DNA from: an uncultured Hyphomicrobiales bacterium
GTDB lineage: Bacteria; Pseudomonadota; Alphaproteobacteria; Rhizobiales; Beijerinckiaceae
Length of the DNA: 64,000 nucleotides
Assembly: GCA_903900975.1 (NCBI GenBank)
Contig: CAIUPE010000051.1
Span: 678 to 64,677, forward strand
Direction: 5' to 3'
Shown here: in pieces, positions 27,402-38,056 of the stretch
How positions within the stretch are numbered: the stretch's first letter is position 1
How the letters are laid out: each line of letters starts with the position of its first letter
Notes under the pieces: model-generated
What the model saw: the letters and a program-made list of their open reading frames with translations, nothing else
Told to the model about the DNA's origin: nothing
Database searches by the model: none
Made by a program: the position numbers and the translations under genes

Positions 27402-29405
27402 ATGGCGCTTCTTTTAGGCATTGATACCGGTGGCACCTATACGGATGCCGTGCTGTTTAACGATCAAACCGGATTGGTGGTGGCAAAAGCCAAATCACTA
27501 ACCACGCGGCACGATCTCGCTATCGGTATTTCCGGTGCGGTGGATAGCGTGATTGCACTGTCCAAAACCGAGCCATCGGCGATTGAACTTGTCTCACTCT
27601 CCACCACGCTTGCAACCAATGCGTTGGTGGAAGGCCAGCAGCGCCGCATCGGGCTTGTGATGATCGGTTTTGGCGAAGCGGATGTGAAGCGCGCTGGGCT
27701 TGATACAGCGCTCGGCAATGATCCGATGGCGCGGATTGGCGGTGGCCATAGCGTCACCGGCGACGCGGCAATGCCGCTCGATACCGCAGCGCTTGAGCGC
27801 TGGTTATCCGCTGAGGGCAGCACGGTAACGGGTTACGCGATTGCCGGTTATTTCTCCACACGTAATCCCGAGCATGAAATTGCGGCGCGCGAGTTCATTC
27901 GTGCGCGCACGCATCTACCCGTTACCTGCAGCCATGAATTGACCAGCCAGCTTGATGGTCCCCGCCGCGCGCTGACCTGTCTCCTCAACGCGCGTCTCGT
28001 GCCACTGATCGATGGCTTGATCGCCGCCACCGGACGGTTTCTCGATGCCCGCGGTATTCAAGCGCCTGTGATGGTGGTTCGCGGCGATGGCGCGCTGATC
28101 GCCGCTGATGTAGCGCGTGAACGACCCATTGAAACAATCCTGTCAGGCCCCGCCGCAACCTTGGTAGGTGCGGCCTTCCTGACCGGATCACAAGACGCGC
28201 TTGTGTCCGATATTGGCGGCACGACGACCGATATTGCCGTTATGAAAAACGGCACACCGCGGCTGGACCCCTTAGGTGCTCGCGTCGGTGGGTTCCAGAC
28301 CATGGTGCAGGCGGTGGCGATGCGAACCATTGGCTTGGGCGGCGACAGTGAAGTCCGCCTTGTTGAGGAAGGCCTCACCATCACGATGGAGCTTGGCCCG
28401 CGTCGCGCGATGCCGGTGAGCCTTTTGGCGATGGATCACCGCGCGATCGTGCATCAGGCGCTCGATCGTCAATTGCGCGCCGAAGTGGCGCGTGCCACCG
28501 ACGCGCGCTTTATCGTGCCGATGCCGGTAACCGACGCCGCACGGGCGGGTCTATCCGCAGCCGAAGCAGCGCTGCTAGCCAAGATTGGGGATGTACCGAA
28601 GCCGGTTGATCAGGTCGCCGAAACCCGCACGGAACTGGGTGCATTGACCCGCCTTGTGACGAATGGCTTGGTGATGATGTCGGCCTTGACGCCCTCAGAC
28701 GCAGCCCATGTGCTCGGCATCCATGATGTATGGGACAGCGAGGCCGCTCGTCTTGCAGCCGAACTCGCCAGCCGTCGTCGTGGCGGCAAGGGCGAGGTGC
28801 TCTTTGAAACACCCGAAGCGGTAGCGCACGCGATTATTAAAAAACTGGTTCGTCGTTCGGCGGAAGCCCTGATCGATGTGGCGCTGGATGAAGACGGCTA
28901 TAAGCTCGACCGGCCAAGCCTGCATCCTTTGATCATCGCCTCGCTGGATAAAAAGCGCGGGGTCTCTGCGATCCGGTTCGATTTTAATTTGCCGATTATC
29001 GGCGTGGGTGCCTCCGCTCCAACCTATTATCCGATGATTGGCGAGCTGCTGGAAAGCGCTGTCGTTATGCCCGAACATGCCGATGTCGCGAATGCGCTTG
29101 GCGCGGTGGTCGGCCATGTGAAAATCACGGGCGAAAGCGTGATCTTGTCACCGGGCTCCGGCCGCTATCGCGTGCACGGACCCGCCGCCCAGCATGATTT
29201 CCACGCGCTGGAGGCCGCAGCCGAAGCAGCTATAGCGGGCTTACGCGCCGATATTATTATTCGTGCCGAGGCTGCAGGTGCCGACAATGCCGAGATTGTC
29301 ATCGACCGCAAAGATGTGTCCGCCTTCACCGACGGTCAGGAAATTTTTGTCGAAAGCCGGATTACAGCGGTGGCCACGGGTCGGCCACGCTTGGTGAAGG
29401 GGTAG
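27402..29405 (+). CDS. Hydantoinase/oxoprolinase-family protein (HyuA-like, ATPase fold)
   Basis: 667 aa with the N-terminal LGIDTGGTYTDAVL phosphate-binding motif and further ASKHA-fold motifs (DIGGTTTDIA). There is no HyuB-like partner next to it. Confidence 0.8.
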   Translation: MALLLGIDTGGTYTDAVLFNDQTGLVVAKAKSLTTRHDLAIGISGAVDSVIALSKTEPSAIELVSLSTTLATNALVEGQQRRIGLVMIGFGEADVKRAGLDTALGNDPMARIGGGHSVTGDAAMPLDTAALERWLSAEGSTVTGYAIAGYFSTRNPEHEIAAREFIRARTHLPVTCSHELTSQLDGPRRALTCLLNARLVPLIDGLIAATGRFLDARGIQAPVMVVRGDGALIAADVARERPIETILSGPAATLVGAAFLTGSQDALVSDIGGTTTDIAVMKNGTPRLDPLGARVGGFQTMVQAVAMRTIGLGGDSEVRLVEEGLTITMELGPRRAMPVSLLAMDHRAIVHQALDRQLRAEVARATDARFIVPMPVTDAARAGLSAAEAALLAKIGDVPKPVDQVAETRTELGALTRLVTNGLVMMSALTPSDAAHVLGIHDVWDSEAARLAAELASRRRGGKGEVLFETPEAVAHAIIKKLVRRSAEALIDVALDEDGYKLDRPSLHPLIIASLDKKRGVSAIRFDFNLPIIGVGASAPTYYPMIGELLESAVVMPEHADVANALGAVVGHVKITGESVILSPGSGRYRVHGPAAQHDFHALEAAAEAAIAGLRADIIIRAEAAGADNAEIVIDRKDVSAFTDGQEIFVESRITAVATGRPRLVKG

Positions 29406-29574
29406 GAATACCTGTTCTAAAATACAGGTTTCCGCTACGTCCGATTTCTGCTATTTTTAAGGCATTAACAACGCCGCGCGCAGCTTTGATCGCCTCACTT
29501 ATATCGATACGCTGAAAGAAGCGGGGGTCGACGAGACTTCCGCGCGTGCGCACGCCAATGCCCTTGATGCCGCC

Positions 29575-29895
29575 ATGCGGGACGGGCTGGCAACGAAGCA
29601 GGATATGGCGGCGATTGACCATCGATTCGAGCTTATGGATACGAAGATGGATACTTTGGATTTTAAATTTGAGGCGAAAATTGACGCCCTCGACCAAAAA
29701 TTTGAAACCAAATTCGACTTTCTTGATAAGAAAATCGACCGCGTCGAGACAAGCCTAAGGGGCGAGATCAGAACGCTTGAAGCCACCCTTCGCAGTGAAA
29801 TATGGCAGAGCGCTAACCGCACGGTGATTTGGCTGGGTGGCATCATGATTGCTCTTTCCGGTATTGTTCTCGCTATCGTGAAATTGGGGCACTAA
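29575..29895 (+). CDS. DUF1640-family coiled-coil protein with C-terminal TM helix (5' end uncertain; family-like coding continues up to 29461)
   Basis: 106 aa from the first ATG. It has heptad-like KxD..D.KF repeats and the C-terminal TM IWLGGIMIALSGIVLAIVKL. The in-frame upstream sequence (29464-29574) reads INNAARSFDRLTYIDTLKEAGVDETSARAHANALDAA, which looks like the family N-terminus but has no ATG/GTG/TTG. Confidence 0.65.
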   Translation: MRDGLATKQDMAAIDHRFELMDTKMDTLDFKFEAKIDALDQKFETKFDFLDKKIDRVETSLRGEIRTLEATLRSEIWQSANRTVIWLGGIMIALSGIVLAIVKLGH

Positions 29896-29978
29896 CCGGC
29901 CCCTCCTCATCCAAACGGACAGGTGGCCTCAGACCCTCCCTTTATGCCATTGTTCCGCCCGATTGAGGGGGATGCTGC

Positions 29979-31430
29979 ATGGCGTTTGCGTTGAATGATC
30001 CTATCGTTACGGACGAGGCCCAATGGCGCAAACGCGCTGAGGCGGTGCTGAAGGGTGCGGATTTCGAAACCGTTCTCACGTCGAAAACCGCTGACGGTAT
30101 CCGCATATCACCGCTTTATGCCAAGGCTACGGCGCACACGCCGGTTATCGGGCGCGCGCCGGGGGCTGCTTGGTCGATCATCAGCCGCGTCGATAATCCC
30201 GATGCGCCACAGTCGAACCCTCAAGCCTTGCAGGATTTGGAGAACGGGTCTAACGGCCTCTCTCTCGTCTTTGAAAATGCCATTGGCGCTTATGGCTTTG
30301 GTCTGCCCGCTAAAGCTGATTTTGTCGCTGAAGTTTTGAAGGGCATTTATCTCGATGCCGGTATTGAGATCGCTCTTGATTGTGGCCCACGCGGTCGCGA
30401 TGCGGCCCATGCGTTTGCGGAAGCCTGTCAGGCACTCGATTTTCCGGCCAATACGGTAAAAGTGCGCTTCGGGCTCAATCCGGTTGGTCTTGGCGCGCGC
30501 GATGGCGTGTTTCCGGCCTCTGTTGAGAAAATGGCGTCGAATGTCGCTGCCAGCGTCCGAGATTTAATGGCCCAAGGCTTTGCCGGTCCCTTCCTTGCCG
30601 CCGATGGGCGGATTGTACATCAGGCAGGCGGATCGGAAGCGCAGGAGCTGGCTTTTGTGTTGGCCAACGCGCTCTTCTATCTCCGCGCGCTGGAAGCATC
30701 GGGCTTAGCTCTTGAAGACGCGCGTGGCATGATCGAGTTTCGCTTGGCGTCTGATGCCGATCAATTTCTTTCCATCGTGAAACATCGCGCGTTACGCAAA
30801 CTTTGGGCGAGCATTGAGCAGCAATGTGGATTGGCCCCCAAGCCGATCCTACTGACATCAGAAACGGCGTTTCGCATGATGAGCCGTCGTGATCCGCATG
30901 TGAATTTGCTGCGGGCGGGCATGGGTTGTTTTGCGGCGGCGATTGGCGGTGCGGATGCGATCACCGTCTTGCCCTTCACCAGCGTGCTTGGCCTGCCCGA
31001 GCCCTTTGCCAGAAGGCTCGCACGCAACACGCAATTGGTGTTGCTGGAAGAAGCTCATCTCGCCAGCGTCAGCGATCCCGTAGCGGGCGCGGGTGGCTAT
31101 GAGACGCTGACCGATGAACTTGTCGCTGAGGCGTGGAAACAGTTTCAAGCGATTGAGGCTGAGGGCGGTATTGTTGCCTCGCTGATCGCGGGCGCCTTAC
31201 AGCCGAGGATCGCCTCCGTCCGCGCGGCGCGTGAGGCGGCATTGGTTGAGAAAAAAGCGGTGATGGTGGGTGTTACCGCCTATCTAGATGCTCAGGCCAA
31301 ATCGGTTGAGGTCTTGGCCCCCATGCCTCCGAAATCGGTCGGCCCAACGCCACAGTTTCCGCCTTTGGTGCCCATCAGGCTATCCGAGCCCTTTGAGGCC
31401 GAAACCCCTCTTGCAGGAGCGGCCTCATGA
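29979..31430 (+). CDS. mcmB: Methylmalonyl-CoA mutase small (beta) subunit
   Basis: 483 aa with a mutase-like TIM-barrel region ([17 protein letters not shown]). There is no B12-binding DxHxxG motif. It overlaps the large-subunit gene (ATGA, 31427-31430). Confidence 0.85.
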   Translation: MAFALNDPIVTDEAQWRKRAEAVLKGADFETVLTSKTADGIRISPLYAKATAHTPVIGRAPGAAWSIISRVDNPDAPQSNPQALQDLENGSNGLSLVFENAIGAYGFGLPAKADFVAEVLKGIYLDAGIEIALDCGPRGRDAAHAFAEACQALDFPANTVKVRFGLNPVGLGARDGVFPASVEKMASNVAASVRDLMAQGFAGPFLAADGRIVHQAGGSEAQELAFVLANALFYLRALEASGLALEDARGMIEFRLASDADQFLSIVKHRALRKLWASIEQQCGLAPKPILLTSETAFRMMSRRDPHVNLLRAGMGCFAAAIGGADAITVLPFTSVLGLPEPFARRLARNTQLVLLEEAHLASVSDPVAGAGGYETLTDELVAEAWKQFQAIEAEGGIVASLIAGALQPRIASVRAAREAALVEKKAVMVGVTAYLDAQAKSVEVLAPMPPKSVGPTPQFPPLVPIRLSEPFEAETPLAGAAS

Positions 31431-33580
31431 CCCGTATCCCCGATTTTACCAAGAGCGCCTATCGCGCCACCACCGTTCCTGCCCGCGAAGGCACGTCCGA
31501 GCCTTGGATGACGCCCGAGGGTATTGCGGTGAAATCCGTCTACACGGAAACCGATCGCGCAGGGCTTGAGGTTGCCGATTCCCTTCCGGGTGTCGCCCCG
31601 TTTTTGCGCGGGCCTTACCCGACCATGTATGTCAACCAGCCTTGGACAATCCGCCAATATGCGGGTTTTTCGACGGCGGAAGATTCAAATGCGTTTTATC
31701 GGCGCAACCTCGCCGCCGGACAAAAAGGCCTATCGGTCGCTTTCGATCTGGCGACCCATCGCGGCTATGATTCCGATCATCCGCGCGTGGCGGGTGATGT
31801 CGGCATGGCCGGTGTGGCGATTGATTCCATCTACGATATGCGGACGCTGTTTTCCGGCATTCCGCTTGATGAGATGAGTGTGTCCATGACGATGAATGGC
31901 GCGGTGCTGCCCATTCTCGCGCTCTATATTGTGGCGGCAGAAGAGCAAGGCGTTAGTGCGGATAAACTTTCCGGCACCATCCAGAACGATATTCTCAAAG
32001 AGTTCATGGTGCGCAATACCTATATTTACCCACCTACCCCTTCGATGCGGATCATCTCCGATATTTTCGAATTCACGTCGAAGAATATGCCGAAATTCAA
32101 CTCGATTTCGATTTCCGGCTATCACATGCAAGAGGCAGGTGCCTCGCAGGATCTCGAGCTCGCCTACACCATTGCCGATGGTGTGGAATATCTGCGCGCG
32201 GGCGTTGCTGCCGGCATTAATATCGATGCCTTCGCGCCACGGCTCTCCTTCTTCTGGGCCATTGGTATGAATTTTTTCATGGAAGTGGCCAAGCTTCGCG
32301 CCGCGCGATTGATCTGGACAAAACTGGTTGGCCAGTTCAATCCGAAGTCCGAAAAATCTCTACCATTGCGCACCCATTCGCAGACATCGGGCTGGTCGCT
32401 GACCGCGCAAGACGTGTTCAACAATGTCATCCGCACCGAGATCGAGGCGATGGCCGCGACCCAAGGCCATACGCAATCGCTGCATACCAATTCGCTGGAT
32501 GAAGCGCTGGCACTGCCCACCGATTTCTCGGCCCGCATCGCGCGCAATACGCAGCTTTTCTTACAAGCCGAAAGCGGCACCAGCCGTATCATCGATCCTT
32601 GGGGTGGCTCCTATTATGTCGAGCGTTTAACAGCGGAGCTTGTTGAGAAAGCTTGGGCGCATATCAAGGAAGTCGAGGCTTTGGGCGGCATGGCCAAGGC
32701 GATCGAGGCGGGCATCCCGAAGCGCCGCATCGAGGAAGCGGCCGCCCGCACCCAAGCCCGGATCGATAGCGGCAAACAGGCCGTGATAGGCGTCAACCGC
32801 TATCGTCCCTTAAGCGAACAGGCCATCGACGTGTTGAAGGTCGACAATTCGGCTGTGCTCGCCCAACAGCTCGATAAATTGAAGCGCCTTCGGGCCGAGC
32901 GCGATCCCGCAGCCGTGCAAGCAGCGCTGCATGCTTTGGAGCAAGGCGCGCGCGGCAAGGGTAATCTTCTGGCTCTCGCGGTCGATGCCGCAAGGGCCAA
33001 GGCAACCGTTGGCGAAATCTCGCTTGCGCTTGAAAACGTCTTTGGTCGCCATAAGGCCAAAGCGGAAGTTATTTCCGGCGTTTACCGCAAAGAAATCGGC
33101 ACGCTCGATGAAGGTTTCGGGCGCGCGCGCGACATGGTCTCAGCGTTTAAAGAAAATGATGGTCGTCTGCCGCGCATTCTGGTCGCCAAGATGGGTCAGG
33201 ATGGCCATGATCGCGGCCAGAAGGTCATCGCCTCGGCGTTTTCCGATTTGGGCTTTGATGTCGACGTTGGCGATCTTTTCGCAACGCCTGAGGAAGCCGC
33301 CAAAGAGGCGATTGCAAAAAATGTTCATGTCGTTGGCGTTTCAACACTTGCCGCTGGTCATCTCACCCTCGTGCCAGCGCTCAAGGCGGCGCTTGATCAG
33401 GCAGGGCGCGGCGATATCATGATCGTGGTGGGTGGCGTGATCCCCGAACAAGATTTTCAAGCGCTGCATCAGGCGGGAGCAGATGCGATTTTCCCACCTG
33501 GCACAGTGGTGGCGGAAGCGGCGATGGATGTGCTCGACCGGCTCAACGAGAAGCGCGGGTTTAGGCAGACGAGCCGTTGA
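31427..33580 (+). CDS. mcmA: Methylmalonyl-CoA mutase large (alpha) subunit
   Basis: 717 aa. Motifs: [25 protein letters not shown] and the C-terminal B12-binding motif [13 protein letters not shown] (DxHxxG). Confidence 0.95.
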   Translation: MTRIPDFTKSAYRATTVPAREGTSEPWMTPEGIAVKSVYTETDRAGLEVADSLPGVAPFLRGPYPTMYVNQPWTIRQYAGFSTAEDSNAFYRRNLAAGQKGLSVAFDLATHRGYDSDHPRVAGDVGMAGVAIDSIYDMRTLFSGIPLDEMSVSMTMNGAVLPILALYIVAAEEQGVSADKLSGTIQNDILKEFMVRNTYIYPPTPSMRIISDIFEFTSKNMPKFNSISISGYHMQEAGASQDLELAYTIADGVEYLRAGVAAGINIDAFAPRLSFFWAIGMNFFMEVAKLRAARLIWTKLVGQFNPKSEKSLPLRTHSQTSGWSLTAQDVFNNVIRTEIEAMAATQGHTQSLHTNSLDEALALPTDFSARIARNTQLFLQAESGTSRIIDPWGGSYYVERLTAELVEKAWAHIKEVEALGGMAKAIEAGIPKRRIEEAAARTQARIDSGKQAVIGVNRYRPLSEQAIDVLKVDNSAVLAQQLDKLKRLRAERDPAAVQAALHALEQGARGKGNLLALAVDAARAKATVGEISLALENVFGRHKAKAEVISGVYRKEIGTLDEGFGRARDMVSAFKENDGRLPRILVAKMGQDGHDRGQKVIASAFSDLGFDVDVGDLFATPEEAAKEAIAKNVHVVGVSTLAAGHLTLVPALKAALDQAGRGDIMIVVGGVIPEQDFQALHQAGADAIFPPGTVVAEAAMDVLDRLNEKRGFRQTSR

Positions 33581-33617
33581 GGCCAATTCAGTATTCCACA
33601 TTTTAAGCTGAACGCTG

Positions 33618-33902
33618 GTGTGGTATTATAGGCCATGCAAAGTGGAACGGCCATTACGGGCCTGCGGCGTGACGTCGATGGGCATGTTTGGTTCACGGGC
33701 TCGCGGCGATCATAGGGATAACAGCGACCTTGATGTGTTGATTGCTGTTGATGAGAACGTTCGCTTCACCCTTCTCGATCTTGCCGACCTTGCTGTTATG
33801 GCTTCCGATTGCACCGGATTAGCGGTTAATCCGGTTATTGCGGCGGATCTCAAGCCCACTTTTAACCAGCGCATCTTAGACGATCTAACCGAGATTTTTT
33901 AA
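33618..33902 (+). CDS. Minimal nucleotidyltransferase (MNT-type antitoxin), N-terminally short
   Basis: 94 aa from GTG. It has the Pol-beta NTase motif FGSRARGDHRDNSDLDVLI (GS..RG...D.D). About 15 aa fewer precede the GS motif than I expect for this family. Confidence 0.65.
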   Translation: MWYYRPCKVERPLRACGVTSMGMFGSRARGDHRDNSDLDVLIAVDENVRFTLLDLADLAVMASDCTGLAVNPVIAADLKPTFNQRILDDLTEIF

Positions 33903-33904
33903 AC

Positions 33905-34075
33905 ATGCGTGCGACGCCTTTGGATCGGTTGACCCATGCGTTACAGGCGATCGGTAAATTCATTCGCCACGGGTATGATGGCATCGACGTCAGTCGCTTG
34001 TGGATGGTAGCAACCGATGATCTGCCTGTATTAAAGGCTGCCTTGCTCACCATGAACGAACGCTATCGATCATGA
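33905..34075 (+). pseudogene. HEPN/DUF86 toxin remnant (56 aa; apparent in-frame internal deletion)
   Basis: Below the ORF-track cutoff. ATG 33905 lies 2 nt after the MNT stop. It reads MRATPLDRLTHALQAIGKFIRHGYDGIDVSRLWMVATDDLPVLKAALLTMNERYRS. The C-terminal H.Y...D....W.....DLP.L matches the DUF86 tail and the N-terminus matches its first helix. About half of a normal roughly 115-aa protein is missing, and the R-x4-6-H motif is collapsed to RH. Confidence 0.45.
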
Positions 34076-34103
34076 CCAATATGGCTGACGGTTAAATCGG
34101 CTC

Positions 34104-35213
34104 TCACTGCCCCTCGAAGGATTGCGCCTGTCGTGTATCGTCAACGGGTGCTGAAAGTTGCGCCCCGATGGCGCGGACGGCGGCAGGAGCCTCGGCAAAG
34201 GTGCCGTGCCGGAAATAGTCGCTGGTATCTGTGTTGCTCAGATCATAAACGCGGACGCCGAGTTTGATGATTTCGCTGCGTTGCCCCTTGTCGGACGGAT
34301 CAAGGGCGCCTACCCGTTTACGGTCCCCAGCCAGTGTGCTGGAAATCGATAGCGCTTTGTCATCGGAGGCTGCGAAAATCGAGACACGGGCATAAGCGCC
34401 AACCCGGCCGAGCTGTTGCTTGAAGACGTCGAGATCAATATCGGGTGCCGCCAACATTACTTCGCCAATATGGCCATTAAGATCGCCTTGCCCCGCAAGC
34501 GCTGCTTCGCGAAGCGCTTCCATCGTCAGCCAGGTTCCCATCGAATGGGCCAGCACATGAATACGCCCGATTCCGGGAATCGTTCCGAGGTCGGTGAGCA
34601 TCTGATGCAGGCTATCGCGGGATGCTGTGGCGTTGTCCTTATCCGCTCCATAGGCCAAAAACTTGTTTTGCGAGGGCCAAGTAAACAGCACAGGCACGCC
34701 GGTGAAGCCCGAATCGGTCGCAATCTGGGCCAGGCGGAAGCGTGCTTCGTCGTAGCCGGTGTTAAAGCCATGAACATATACCAGCACGTCGCGGCTGACC
34801 CCGACCCGGCCCGAAAGCTGGGCGGCAATTTCATTGCGGAAGCTATCATGGTCGAGCACGCGTTGGCCGACGAACACAAAATGCGATTTACGGCTTTCGC
34901 TTCCCCATGACGGGCGTTCGATCATTCCCGTCTGATGGTCTTTTGGAATGCTAATCAAATTCATCAGATAATTGGTCGTCGGCGACAAATCAGCCGAAAC
35001 CGCTCCATCGCCATTCATTTTACGTGTGGTGGCCACAAAGATAGGCACCACTTCGCCCGATGAGGGGGTCGCCGAATTCAAAGGTGCGACATGGTTCGAG
35101 AACTGGTCGCCCGGGCTGGAGCAGGCCGTCAATATAAGCAAACCAAACCCCGCAACTAAAAGTGGGCGAATGATGCGGGAAATCATGGTCATTTGATATC
35201 GGTTCCTTGCCAA
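34104..35213 (-). CDS. DUF900-type alpha/beta hydrolase lipoprotein
   Basis: 369 aa with the lipobox LLILTAC-S and the nucleophile motif AHSMGTW. The overall pattern (VYVHGFNT..., PVLFTWPS) is as in the esterase-like DUF900 family. Confidence 0.75.
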   Translation of the reverse strand: MARNRYQMTMISRIIRPLLVAGFGLLILTACSSPGDQFSNHVAPLNSATPSSGEVVPIFVATTRKMNGDGAVSADLSPTTNYLMNLISIPKDHQTGMIERPSWGSESRKSHFVFVGQRVLDHDSFRNEIAAQLSGRVGVSRDVLVYVHGFNTGYDEARFRLAQIATDSGFTGVPVLFTWPSQNKFLAYGADKDNATASRDSLHQMLTDLGTIPGIGRIHVLAHSMGTWLTMEALREAALAGQGDLNGHIGEVMLAAPDIDLDVFKQQLGRVGAYARVSIFAASDDKALSISSTLAGDRKRVGALDPSDKGQRSEIIKLGVRVYDLSNTDTSDYFRHGTFAEAPAAVRAIGAQLSAPVDDTRQAQSFEGQ

Positions 35214-35273
35214 AAATCGGATTGAGTAAGCGCCTACCTTAACGGGTAATCGTGACGAGAATGGGACAAGCCT

Positions 35274-36284
35274 CTAAGGCTCGCGCAACAGGCTCGTGGC
35301 ACGAACCGAGCCGACCGTCATGCCGTTCCAGTTTTTCAATGTCGGCCAAGCCTTCGCATCAAACGCCGTGCGGGTTGCCTCGTCCATTGGCACATATCGG
35401 TGTAAAATTCCCGCCAGCATCGCTTGCGCGGCGCGGCTTTCGCCATCATCCGCTTTCAGCGCAATGCCGAAGCCTAACTCGGGAATGGCGGCGCAATACA
35501 CACCCTCCGCTCCGGTTTTCATGAAAACGCGCTCTCGAAAGAGTTCCATCGCCACCGTATCCAGCCGGCCGGTCCCCGCCACCATAAACGGGTTGGCGGC
35601 AACCGCCTCGCGAATACGACGTGCGGCTTTAGCCCGTTCAGGCTTCAGGCCAATACCCGTGCCCAAGCGCGCAAAGCCGAGGGCAATGGCTTTCAAAGGC
35701 ACGGCATAGGTCGGGATCGAACAGCCATCGGTGCCGGTATACGCGTCAAGAAAGGTAAATCCGGTGATTTCCTCGCCGGCAGCACGGATTTCACGCTGCA
35801 CGCGATGGTCGGGTCGAATATACCCTGCGGGGTCTTCATCCAACCCGCAGGCTAGGCAAACAAAGCCTGAATGTTTACCCGAACAATTGTTATGCAGCGC
35901 GTTCGGCTTCAAGCCGGCAGCGGCCAGCGCGCGTTCGGCTTCGTGGGAACTTGGCCAATGGGCCCCACATTCTAGGCAGGACGCGTCGCGGCCGGCTTTT
36001 TTCAACATCCCGAGTGCGGTCGCGACATGAGGCTCTTCCCCCGAATGGGAGGAAACTGCGAGCGCAATTTCCGTTGGCGTTAAGCCAAACCGATCCGCTG
36101 CTCCGCTTTCAAGCAAAGGCAGGGCTTGAAACGCTTTGACCGCCGAGCGCGGAAAAACAGGGCTTTCGCAATCACCCAACGAAAGGACGATGCCGCCATC
36201 TGCATCCACGACCGCAACCGACCCGCGATGACGCGACTCGACGCTTTTGCCACGCAGCACTTCAACGAGAATGGGGTTATCCAT
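35274..36284 (-). CDS. L-asparaginase II family protein (Rhizobium-type)
   Basis: ATG 36284 is preceded by GGAGAAA. MDNPILVEVLRGKSVESRHRGSVAVVDADG...RSAVKAFQALPLLESGAADRF is the signature N-terminus of this family. Confidence 0.85.
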   Translation of the reverse strand: MDNPILVEVLRGKSVESRHRGSVAVVDADGGIVLSLGDCESPVFPRSAVKAFQALPLLESGAADRFGLTPTEIALAVSSHSGEEPHVATALGMLKKAGRDASCLECGAHWPSSHEAERALAAAGLKPNALHNNCSGKHSGFVCLACGLDEDPAGYIRPDHRVQREIRAAGEEITGFTFLDAYTGTDGCSIPTYAVPLKAIALGFARLGTGIGLKPERAKAARRIREAVAANPFMVAGTGRLDTVAMELFRERVFMKTGAEGVYCAAIPELGFGIALKADDGESRAAQAMLAGILHRYVPMDEATRTAFDAKAWPTLKNWNGMTVGSVRATSLLREP

Positions 36285-36463
36285 GCGGGAATTTCTCCTG
36301 TCAGCAGCATCGGCCCGATCAGGCCAAAGGGGGAATCGTCCTTTTATCCTCTTGCCTGTAAGCGAAGATGCGTGTGAAGGAAAGCTGTCACATTTGACGT
36401 TCATGTAGGGCTCGGGCCGCTGAAGGGCGGTTTTGGGCAAAGGGCTTGTCTGGAGAGTTTCGG

Positions 36464-37768
36464 ATGCGGATTACGATGATAGGCGCGGGCTATGTTGGCT
36501 TGGTGTCGGGGGCGTGTTTTGCCGATTTCGGGCATTTTGTGACCTGCATGGATTCGAATATTGACAAGATCGATGCCTTGAATCTGGGGCAATTGCCCAT
36601 TTACGAGCCTGGTCTTGATGAACTGGTCGCCAAAAATGTCCGCGATGGCCGACTTGTGTTCTCCTCCGAGCTCGATCAGGCCATCCACGGCGCGGACGCC
36701 ATTTTCATTGCGGTCGGGACGCCGTCACGGCGCGGCGATGGCCATGCCGACCTATCCTATGTCTATGCGGCAGCCCGCGACATCGCGGCCCGAACCGATG
36801 GCAAGGCGATCATCGTCACCAAATCCACAGTCCCCGTTGGTACGGGTGATGAAGTCGAGCGCATCATGCGGGAGGTCAGGCCCGAGCTCGATATTGCCGT
36901 GGTATCCAACCCCGAATTCCTGCGCGAAGGTGCGGCCATTGGCGATTTCAAGCGGCCGGATCGCATCGTTATCGGCACCAATGATGAGAATGCCCGCCGG
37001 GTGATGACAGAAATTTATCGTCCGCTCTACCTCAACGAACCACCCTTGCTGTTCACGGATCGCCGGACATCCGAGCTTATCAAATACGCCGCCAACGCGT
37101 TTTTGGCGGTCAAAATCACCTATATCAACGAGATCGCCGATCTGTGCGAGCAGGTTGGGGCGAATGTGCAGGAGGTTGCCCGCGGCATCGGGCTTGATAA
37201 CCGCATCGGCCCTAAATTTTTGCATCCAGGTCCCGGCTATGGCGGTTCCTGTTTCCCGAAAGATACGCAAGCGCTGGTCAAAACCGCGCAGGATAACGGT
37301 ACACCCCTGCGCATTGTCGAGACCGTCGTGTCGGTGAATGAGCAGCGGAAACGTGGCATGGCGCGCCGCATTATTCAGGCCTGCGGCGGCGATGTGCGCG
37401 GCAAACGGATTGCCATTTTGGGGCTGACCTTTAAGCCGAACACGGATGATATGCGGGATGCTCCTGCGCTCTCCGTTATTACGGCACTTCAAGATGTAGG
37501 AGCAAAGGTGACGGCCTATGATCCTGTAGGGATCGAGCAGGCCTCCCACTACCTGAGTCATGTGGATTTTGCCGCCGATGCCTATGCCTGCGCCGAAGGT
37601 GCCGACGCGCTGGTGATCGTGACCGAATGGGACGCGTTCCGCGCGCTTGATCTGGACCGGATCAAGGCCGCATTGAAAGAGCCTCTGATTGTCGATTTGC
37701 GCAATATTTACCGTCCTGACGATATCCGCGCCAAGGGGTTTCGCTATATCAGTATCGGGCGGCTGTGA
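36464..37768 (+). CDS. ugd: UDP-glucose 6-dehydrogenase
   Basis: MRITMIGAGYVGLVSGACFADFGH Rossmann motif and catalytic GGSCFPKD. Confidence 0.93.
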   Translation: MRITMIGAGYVGLVSGACFADFGHFVTCMDSNIDKIDALNLGQLPIYEPGLDELVAKNVRDGRLVFSSELDQAIHGADAIFIAVGTPSRRGDGHADLSYVYAAARDIAARTDGKAIIVTKSTVPVGTGDEVERIMREVRPELDIAVVSNPEFLREGAAIGDFKRPDRIVIGTNDENARRVMTEIYRPLYLNEPPLLFTDRRTSELIKYAANAFLAVKITYINEIADLCEQVGANVQEVARGIGLDNRIGPKFLHPGPGYGGSCFPKDTQALVKTAQDNGTPLRIVETVVSVNEQRKRGMARRIIQACGGDVRGKRIAILGLTFKPNTDDMRDAPALSVITALQDVGAKVTAYDPVGIEQASHYLSHVDFAADAYACAEGADALVIVTEWDAFRALDLDRIKAALKEPLIVDLRNIYRPDDIRAKGFRYISIGRL

Positions 37769-37815
37769 TAGGCATTAATGGGTGAAGTCGTTTTCGACCG
37801 CAAAGGTATTCGGCC

Positions 37816-38052
37816 ATGCAGACCTTCTTTGTTGAGATCAAGTGCCAGCTCGGCAAAACCTACGATGTCGCCAGCCGGTTGGCCGACTCCGAAATCGCTT
37901 CCGAGATTCATTCGGTCGCAGGTTCGTTCGATATTTTGGCTAAATTCCATGTCGATGACGGGATTGATATTGGACATTTCGTCGGTGAAAAAGTCCAGAT
38001 TATTCCCGGCATAGTCGACACGCGCACCCTGATTGCGTTTAAGGCATTCTGA
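37816..38052 (+). CDS. Stand-alone Lrp/AsnC ligand-binding (RAM) domain protein
   Basis: 78 aa. MQTFFVEIKC..G....V...L......E.HSVAGSFDILAKF.V pattern of the AsnC-type effector domain, with no HTH. Confidence 0.75.
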   Translation: MQTFFVEIKCQLGKTYDVASRLADSEIASEIHSVAGSFDILAKFHVDDGIDIGHFVGEKVQIIPGIVDTRTLIAFKAF

Positions 38053-38056
38053 AGGC

